Shown here: in pieces, positions 5,778-11,575 of the stretch
How the letters are laid out: every line of letters starts with the position of its first letter
Numbering within the stretch: position 1 is the stretch's first letter
Source of the DNA: Candidatus Eiseniibacteriota bacterium
GTDB taxonomy: Bacteria; Eisenbacteria; RBG-16-71-46; SZUA-252
DNA: 11,575 nt
Reading direction: 5' to 3'
NCBI GenBank assembly: GCA_031370645.1
Contig: JANMQV010000132.1
Location: 1 to 11,575 of the forward strand
The notes under the pieces: model-generated
What the model was told of the DNA's origin: nothing
Seen by the model: the letters and a program-made list of their open reading frames with translations, nothing else
The model's database searches: none
Program-made: the position numbers and the translations under genes

Positions 5778-6267
5778 TGGCTGCCTCGATCAGGGTCCGC
5801 CGCACAGTTCCAAAGTCGGGGGCTTCCAGAATACGCTGACGCGTCTTCGCGAGTCGAACGGCGCGGACGATTTCCGCGACCAGGTTGAGATAGACGGGGT
5901 CTTTCTCCAGCGGCGGCGCCACGATGAGGAAGCAGAGGTTTGTCGGGATGCCGTCGGGAGAGCCGAAATCGATTCCCTTGCTTGAACGGGCGATCACCAT
6001 CGAGCGCTCGGTGATGAGGGTCGAGCGGGCGTGAGGCACCGCGATCCCCTTCCCGAGCCCTGTGCTGCCGAGCGCTTCCCGACGCCGCACCGCATCCAGA
6101 ACCCCTTCGGGGTGGCGCGTCACGTCGGCGGTCGCCAGGACCGCAACCATCTCCTCGAGAACGGACGATTTCCGCTTCGATCGGAGCTCGGAAATAAAAA
6201 GCGCCTTCCGGAGGTGCTGCCTGAGCAGCGGGATCTCAACAGTCGGCGAGAGCGTGGTGGGGCTCAT
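5770..6267 (-). CDS. Stand-alone PTS EIIA component (fructose/mannitol/Ntr family, PtsN-like), 165 aa
   Basis: RREALGSTGLGKGIAVPHARS with the phospho-acceptor His, and GIDFGSPDG. Start set at ATG 6267; the track's longer N-terminus overlaps the opposite-strand TPR gene. Confidence 0.92.
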   Translation of the reverse strand: MSPTTLSPTVEIPLLRQHLRKALFISELRSKRKSSVLEEMVAVLATADVTRHPEGVLDAVRRREALGSTGLGKGIAVPHARSTLITERSMVIARSSKGIDFGSPDGIPTNLCFLIVAPPLEKDPVYLNLVAEIVRAVRLAKTRQRILEAPDFGTVRRTLIEAANE

Positions 6268-6322
6268 TCCTTTGAAAGACCTGTGGGCGGGGGTTGACGG
6301 TTTGCCTCCTCCCCTAGCACGT

Positions 6323-6352
6323 ACGTTACAAGACGCAATCCCCGCATGGCAA
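6323..6352 (-). promoter_or_regulatory. Possible sigma70-type promoter for the EIIA/zinc-ribbon pair
   Basis: TTGCCA-N18-TAACGT on the minus strand, about 55 nt upstream of ATG 6267. Confidence 0.4.
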
Positions 6353-6478
6353 GAAGGTTCTCCGCCGGTGGCTCGTTGCGGCCCTCCGACGCGAACTGCC
6401 CGATGGCTGAGACCGCAAGTTGATGCCGCTAAACCCCTTGTAATGCCGGCGGATAAACCGCCCCTGAGCGACGCGAAG

Positions 6479-6494
6479 CGGCACGCACCTTGCG
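6479..6494 (+). promoter_or_regulatory. Sigma54 (-24/-12) promoter of the TPR gene
   Basis: CGGCACGCACCTTGCG: GG (6480-6481)-N10-GC (6492-6493) with GGCACG and TTGC; the predicted start near 6505 lies just before SD GGGAGGA (6508-6514). Confidence 0.7.
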
Positions 6495-6522
6495 ATGTGT
6501 TTGCCGTGGGAGGACTCTTGCC

Positions 6523-7029
6523 ATGGCCAGTCAGAGGGACCGCCGTCAGCGTCAAGTCGCCGTCGTGGGCGCGATGGGACACGATGAATTCATGACGGGT
6601 GTTCGCATGCTCTACGCCTGCCGCTATCAGGACGCCCTGGCGCACTTCCAGGAAGCGGTCGTCCTGGAGCCGCTCGCGAAGGGCTATCTGAGCTATCTCG
6701 GCCTCGCCACGGCGCACGCGCAGCGGAAGTTCTCCGACGCCGAACACCTCTGCCGGAGGGCCATCGAGGCGGAGTACCACCGTCCCGAACACTACTTCAA
6801 TCTCGGCGAAGTCTACGTCCTCGCGGGCCGGAAGTCGGACGCGATGAAGTCATTCAATCAGGCGCTCTCGTGGAATCCGAGTTACGACGCGGCCCACGAC
6901 GCGCTCCGAAAACTGGGCGTGCGGCGTCCGCCGGTCGTCCCGATCCTGCCGCGAAGCCACCCCCTGAACGTGTTCCTCGGAAAGACACTCCGCGGGAGCA
7001 AGAAGAGCACGGCGCGCGCCACCGCCTAG
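6523..7029 (+). CDS. Tetratricopeptide-repeat protein, 168 aa
   Basis: SD GGGAGGA 8 nt before ATG 6523; TPR patterns ALAHFQEAVVLEP, YLSYLGLA, AEHLCRRAIE, HYFNLGEVY, AMKSFNQALSWNP; basic C-terminal tail. Confidence 0.9.
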   Translation: MASQRDRRQRQVAVVGAMGHDEFMTGVRMLYACRYQDALAHFQEAVVLEPLAKGYLSYLGLATAHAQRKFSDAEHLCRRAIEAEYHRPEHYFNLGEVYVLAGRKSDAMKSFNQALSWNPSYDAAHDALRKLGVRRPPVVPILPRSHPLNVFLGKTLRGSKKSTARATA

Positions 7030-7048
7030 CGAAAGCCGGCGGGCGCGC
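7014..7048. terminator. Possible hairpin between the convergent TPR and permease genes
   Basis: GCGCGC-CA-CCGCC-TA-GC-GAAA-GC-C-GGCGG-GCGCGC; GNRA loop, no U tract. Confidence 0.3.
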
Positions 7049-7891
7049 TCAGTAGTTCGACTTCCAGTCGATCAGCCCCCTCGCCCGGGCCGTCTGTTCA
7101 CACCAGGCGAACCACCAATACCCCGCCACAACGGTCGCCGCGGTGCTCGCCGCGAGGATGAGCAGAAGCATTCCGTCCCCCGTGCCCATGAGAATTCGCG
7201 AATAGGGCTTTCCCGACAAAATGCGCCGCAGGAGTTCGAGCCAATAGGTGAACGGCAGCAGCAACGAGATCCGCTGCGCCCACGCCGGCAACACGTCGAG
7301 CGGAAAGACGGCGCCGCAGAGCAAATAGAAGACCCCGCCCAATCCCTCGTTCAAATTGATGCTGTGCCTCGCCACCACGAGTGAGATCCCCGCGAGCGCC
7401 ACACCCAGCCACGCCACGCCGATCAGTCCGACGAGCGTCACCGCCAGCAATTTCGCGATCGTGGCGACGTCGTGGCGGAGCGGCACGCCGAGCACGAGCG
7501 CTCCGAACACGAGCGCGAACGCCACGCCCAGCGAGGCGGTCGCGATTTTCGTGAGTCCCCTGCCCAGGAGGTAGTGGAGCAGTCGAATCGGCGCGACGTA
7601 GATGTACTTCATCGTCTCGTAGTCCTCGCGGTCCCGGAACACCGCCCAGGAAATGCCGATGAGGACTTCCGTCACGTAAAGGAAGAACGTGTTTCCGATG
7701 AAGAGCTGATGGAACGCGGCGGCCCCGACGGTGCCGCCCGAGACGATCCTCGCCATCAGGAAGAGGATGAGGGTCGTCGCGAGCGGCTTCGCGATGGCGA
7801 AGACGACGAAGAGGAACGGATCGGTCCAATTCGCCTCGACCTGCCAGCCGATCCACGCGCCAGCGCGCATCGTCTCCCACGTCCGCCTCAT
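7049..7891 (-). CDS. ABC-2-type transporter permease, 280 aa
   Basis: About six hydrophobic segments; DREDYETMKYIYVAP, CGAVFPLDVLPAW, LLPFTYWLELLRRIL. ATG 7891 lies 4 nt after the upstream stop. Confidence 0.92.
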   Translation of the reverse strand: MRRTWETMRAGAWIGWQVEANWTDPFLFVVFAIAKPLATTLILFLMARIVSGGTVGAAAFHQLFIGNTFFLYVTEVLIGISWAVFRDREDYETMKYIYVAPIRLLHYLLGRGLTKIATASLGVAFALVFGALVLGVPLRHDVATIAKLLAVTLVGLIGVAWLGVALAGISLVVARHSINLNEGLGGVFYLLCGAVFPLDVLPAWAQRISLLLPFTYWLELLRRILSGKPYSRILMGTGDGMLLLILAASTAATVVAGYWWFAWCEQTARARGLIDWKSNY

Positions 7892-7895
7892 GCGA

Positions 7896-8732
7896 TCACC
7901 CGCCCCGAATCGTGAGGCGCCCTTCCTTCTTCCCGAGGTTCTCCATGAAGAGGAGCGACCGGTGCGCGAGGAAGAGGTAGAGGAAGAGGAGTCCCGTTTG
8001 GATGGGGACGATCCAGACGACGGGGATGAATCCGTGCGCCGCCTCACCGTAAAGAATCTGGCGAATGCCGTCGAGTCCTAGCGTGATCGGGATGAACCCG
8101 GCCAGCGACGCCGCCACGGCTCCGAGCGCTCGCACCGGGAAGTAGAATCCGGAGAGGAGATAGACCGGCTCCTGGAAGAGCGTCGCGGTGTTCCACGCCT
8201 CCCGTCCCCACATGAGGAAGACGCTGCTGAGAATCATTCCGAGCCCGTAGAGCGAGCCGAGCGTCAGGACGAAGAGGCCGAGCGCACCCGGGACCCGCGC
8301 CCAGGGAAATGGGACGTGGAAGAGGAGGATTCCCGCGAGAAGGATGACGATCGCCCGCGTCGTCGTCGCGACCATGCCGCCGAACGCCATCCCGAGGAGA
8401 ATCGACATGCGCGAAACGGGCGTGATGAGGTAAAGCTGGAGTTGCCCCTGCTCCTTCTCCCAGAAGAACTGGCTCGCCATGCTCCAGAGCACGTTGTTCC
8501 AATAGGCGATCATGGCGCCGCCCAGAACCGCGAACCCTTCAAATGCCGGCGGCGCGCCGAGTCCCCGGTAGACGAGAACGAAGGTCGCCATCGAGAGGAT
8601 CGGGAAGACCGTCTCCCCGATCAGCCAGGAGCGTTCTCGGAAGGCGGCGAAGATTCGCACGCTCGCGCGGGCCGACACCGCGCCGAGATTCATCTGGAGG
8701 CGTTCGCCGAATGACTGCTCTTCGCGGCTCAC
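7896..8732 (-). CDS. ABC-2-type transporter permease, 278 aa
   Basis: WEKEQGQLQLYLITPVSR, LSGFYFPV, IPITLGLDGIRQIL; GTG start at 8732 forms a GTGA overlap with the ATPase stop. Confidence 0.92.
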   Translation of the reverse strand: MSREEQSFGERLQMNLGAVSARASVRIFAAFRERSWLIGETVFPILSMATFVLVYRGLGAPPAFEGFAVLGGAMIAYWNNVLWSMASQFFWEKEQGQLQLYLITPVSRMSILLGMAFGGMVATTTRAIVILLAGILLFHVPFPWARVPGALGLFVLTLGSLYGLGMILSSVFLMWGREAWNTATLFQEPVYLLSGFYFPVRALGAVAASLAGFIPITLGLDGIRQILYGEAAHGFIPVVWIVPIQTGLLFLYLFLAHRSLLFMENLGKKEGRLTIRGG

Positions 8733-9745
8733 GCGCGTTCCACCAGATCCGCGCCGTCGGCCTCCTCGAGGCCCCGGCCGACGAGGTGCACGAAGACGCT
8801 CTCGAGCGACGGCTCCTGCTTCGTGAGATTGAGGACGGCGACGCCCCGCTCCCGGAGCGTTCCGAAGACCTCTCCGATCACGTCGTCCGCCGCGAGGGTG
8901 AGCCGGATCTCCATGGCGCCCGTTGCGGGATGCGTGTGGTGGAGCGCGCTTCGAACCCCCCCGATGGCGGCGCTCCACCCGTCGGGTGGCGCCGATCCCA
9001 CGTGGAGCACGAACGCCGTATCCTCCGGGAGTGCTCGCTTGAGCGCGATCGGCGTGTCGAGCGCCAGGATCTTCCCGTGGTCGATGATCGCGACGCGTCC
9101 GCAGAGTTCGTCGGCTTCCACCATGTAGTGCGTCGTGAGGAGCACCGTTCGCTCGGGGCGCTCCCGCACCCACCGCGAGATGAAACTCCGGATGGAACGC
9201 GAAGCCTCCACGTCGAGCCCGAGCGTCGGCTCGTCGAGAAAGATGATTTCCGGGTCACTCATGAATCCACGCGCGAAGTTCACCTTCTGTTTCATCCCCG
9301 TCGAAAGCCCCGACATGCGCGTGTCGGCCTTGGGGCCCAGGCCGGTGATCTCCATAAGTTCCTCGGCGCGGGCCCTCGCCACCGGCCACGGCACCCCGTA
9401 GAAGCGCGCGAAGAGATGGAGCGTCTCCCGCACGGTGAGAATGCCGTAGCCGGAGGAATCGCCTCCGGAGACGAGATTGATGCGGTGCCGTACCGCGAGC
9501 GGGGCCGTCGCCACGTCGAAGCCGGCGACGAGCGCGCGCCCCGAGGTCGGGAGGAGGAGCGTCGTGAGGATCTTGATGAGGGTGCTCTTCCCGGCCCCGT
9601 TCGGACCGAGGAGCCCGAAGCATTCGCCCCGCTCGACGCGGAGGTCGACGCCGCGAAGCGCTTCGACCTCTCGCTCGCGGCGCGTGCGGAACCGGCGCGT
9701 GAGCGCGGTCGTCTCGAGGGCCGGGGCGGATGAAATCGACGTCAT
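8729..9745 (-). CDS. ABC transporter ATP-binding protein (DrrA-like exporter ATPase), 338 aa
   Basis: Walker A GPNGAGKST, signature LSTGMKQ, Walker B IIFLDEP, H-loop LTTHYM, C-terminal EPSLESVF. Confidence 0.97.
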   Translation of the reverse strand: MTSISSAPALETTALTRRFRTRREREVEALRGVDLRVERGECFGLLGPNGAGKSTLIKILTTLLLPTSGRALVAGFDVATAPLAVRHRINLVSGGDSSGYGILTVRETLHLFARFYGVPWPVARARAEELMEITGLGPKADTRMSGLSTGMKQKVNFARGFMSDPEIIFLDEPTLGLDVEASRSIRSFISRWVRERPERTVLLTTHYMVEADELCGRVAIIDHGKILALDTPIALKRALPEDTAFVLHVGSAPPDGWSAAIGGVRSALHHTHPATGAMEIRLTLAADDVIGEVFGTLRERGVAVLNLTKQEPSLESVFVHLVGRGLEEADGADLVERA

Positions 9746-11574
9746 TTGCCGAGCAATCTCCGAAGCGCGTCTCGGCTCTTCTTCAACGGGTCGTCGGTGG
9801 CGCTGCTGTCCTTCTTCGCGGCGCCGGAATCTGCCGGCGTCGCCGTCGCCGTCGAGTCGGTGGCGCTCCCCTTCGTCGGAGGTGTGAGCTTCTCGGTCAG
9901 CGATTTCGTGAGCGACTTGGTCAGGGCGTCCCTCAACTCCGCCCCTGCCGCGCCGAAGAGATTCCCCGCCTTCAATTGAACCTTCGGCGCGTCCGTCGTT
10001 CCGCCGATGCCGAGTTGGACCGGGAGTCGCCCGTCCGAATCGCGCGCGAGCCGCGCGAACTGCGCGAGGGCGCTATTCCCCTTCACGCGTTCCGGAGCGA
10101 GGCGAAGCAGGAGTCCGAGGTTCAGGGACTTGTCCATTCCGAGGGCGCCCGTCAGTTCGAATTTGTCGGAGCCGAGATCGCCGCGGACCTTGTCGAGGAG
10201 GAGTCTCCGTCCTTCGATCCGAAGCACGTGCGAGATCGTCTTGAACGCCATATCGGTTTGGCCGCCGAGCCCGAGGAGCCCGCGGATCTTCCGGATCGAT
10301 TCCGTCTCCGCGATCTTCCCCTGCTCGACGGTGCCGGTCAGATTTCCACGGAGTTGATCGCTCACCTCCGCTCCCGGAAGTCCCGGCCCCGTGAGGTCGA
10401 CATTGCCGCTGAGCGCGCCGGTGATACCGAGCTTGAACGGGAGGAACCCGCGCGCGAACTCCTCCACTGGCGCCTTCAGCACGTCGAGCTTCAACGCGTA
10501 GGACGGCTTCGCCAGGAGATCGCGCACCGTGAGGCCGCCCCCGATCATCCCCGTGCCCATGGCGCCGTGGATCGGCTCCACCGTGAGCGTCCCGCCTTGG
10601 AAGCGGACCGGCATCGTGACGTCCCTAAGGGTCATCGTGCCCTGCCGAAGTTCTCCGATCGAGACGTCCGCCGTGAACGACTGGAACGGGAGGGCCATCG
10701 GAGCGGTACCGGGCGCCGGAGACCCAGGCGCGTTACCGGCGCCCTTCGCCGGAACGGGGGGCGTCCACTCCTCCGCGATGAAGCGGTCGAGGCGTGCGAC
10801 GAACGCGCCCGTGCCGAGCGGCTTCCCCATCGTGACGACGCCCGTGACCTTCGCGGTCGTGGAGCCGACCGTCGCGTCGAGCGATTTAACCTCGACGCGC
10901 GCGGCGTCGCCGGCGAGTTGGAATTGAAGCCTTCGGATGGGAGGCTGGAGCCCGGGCGCCGTTCCGCTCAGGTCACGGCCGTTCACCGTCCATCGCACCT
11001 CGGGCGGCGTGGGGGCGCGCGTCACGAAGAGGGCGCGGACGCCGATCATGCCGCTCTTCCAGGTCGGCGTGTTCGGCGCGAGACCGTTCAGCCGCGCGGC
11101 CGGCGCGTCGAGCTCGAACGTCCCGTTCGATTCACCCCCCGGCACGGTGGAACCGTTCGCCTCGAGCCGAAGCGAGAGCCCGGAGCCGCCTCCGGAAGCC
11201 TTCGCGGCAAAGCGCCGATCGGGGGTGACGCTCCAATCCGCGGCCACCTGGTCGAGCGAGAACTTGTTGGGCCCAGACTCTACAAAGATCGGCTTCAGCG
11301 AAATCGCGCCGGTCTGAATCGGTGCCGCCGGAGTTCCCGCGATCTTGATCTGCCACGACGCCTTCGTCGACCACCTCGCGGGCGAAGCGGCGGCGAGCGC
11401 CCTGAATGCCGGGTCGCTCGAACGGATTTCTTGTGGGTCTCCCGCGACGGTGAGGTCGAAGCGAGCGGGTGACTTGCCCGCCGGCAGAATGATCGAGCCC
11501 GCCAACTCGCTCTTCAGCGGTCCTAACAGCACAATGCCGCGCGTCACGTCGAGGCGGGGAGCGGCTCCTCCAGA
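9742..11574 (-). CDS. AsmA-family (repeating beta-groove) protein, C-terminal part; 5' end lies outside the window
   Basis: Gly-rich alternating beta-strand pattern throughout; ITGALSGNVDLTG, LRGNLTGTVEQGKI, LPVQLGIGGTTDAPKVQL and a terminal helix DALRRLLGK typical of AsmA-like C-termini. The frame stays open from 11547 to the window edge. Confidence 0.82.
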   Translation of the reverse strand, partial: SGGAAPRLDVTRGIVLLGPLKSELAGSIILPAGKSPARFDLTVAGDPQEIRSSDPAFRALAAASPARWSTKASWQIKIAGTPAAPIQTGAISLKPIFVESGPNKFSLDQVAADWSVTPDRRFAAKASGGGSGLSLRLEANGSTVPGGESNGTFELDAPAARLNGLAPNTPTWKSGMIGVRALFVTRAPTPPEVRWTVNGRDLSGTAPGLQPPIRRLQFQLAGDAARVEVKSLDATVGSTTAKVTGVVTMGKPLGTGAFVARLDRFIAEEWTPPVPAKGAGNAPGSPAPGTAPMALPFQSFTADVSIGELRQGTMTLRDVTMPVRFQGGTLTVEPIHGAMGTGMIGGGLTVRDLLAKPSYALKLDVLKAPVEEFARGFLPFKLGITGALSGNVDLTGPGLPGAEVSDQLRGNLTGTVEQGKIAETESIRKIRGLLGLGGQTDMAFKTISHVLRIEGRRLLLDKVRGDLGSDKFELTGALGMDKSLNLGLLLRLAPERVKGNSALAQFARLARDSDGRLPVQLGIGGTTDAPKVQLKAGNLFGAAGAELRDALTKSLTKSLTEKLTPPTKGSATDSTATATPADSGAAKKDSSATDDPLKKSRDALRRLLGK

Positions 11575-11575
11575 G

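Noticed and set aside
6268-6792. Apparent N-terminal extension or fusion on the EIIA ORF (340 aa in the track)
   Set aside because: Overlaps the opposite-strand TPR gene and promoter region; the EIIA domain is complete from ATG 6267.
8543-11472. Long plus-strand ORFs 8543..9733 and 9730..11472
   Set aside because: Antisense shadows of the ABC ATPase and AsmA-like genes, with no motifs.
1-11575. CRISPR array, transposase, integrase, phage or defence genes
   Set aside because: No regularly spaced repeats or recognisable mobile-element or defence protein motifs were seen.

Overview
GC-rich, gene-dense bacterial chromosomal segment from a probable diderm, since it encodes an AsmA-like protein and a likely outer-membrane beta-barrel. 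Most genes are on the minus strand. From right to left: a 5'-truncated AsmA-family gene translationally coupled to an ABC-2-type exporter (ATPase plus two permeases); a plus-strand TPR gene behind a sigma54-type promoter; a PTS EIIA (PtsN-like) gene overlapping a short C4 zinc-ribbon gene; a secreted BamE/SmpA-like protein; and a four-gene run of a small beta-barrel, an acidic membrane-anchored protein, an HExxH protein and a GAF-GAF-PP2C (RsbU-like) phosphatase. The left end holds tRNA-Leu(CAA), followed by a ~350 bp islet with one small membrane-protein gene closed by a decayed copy of the tRNA 3' end. The most striking unexplained element is the apparently non-coding 880-1148 interval. It has a near-consensus sigma70 promoter, a near-consensus sigmaE/ECF promoter, a foldable ~110 nt core and a 14-bp hairpin, and is a candidate ncRNA gene I cannot assign to a family. 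All calls are by eye from motifs; no database search or folding software was run.
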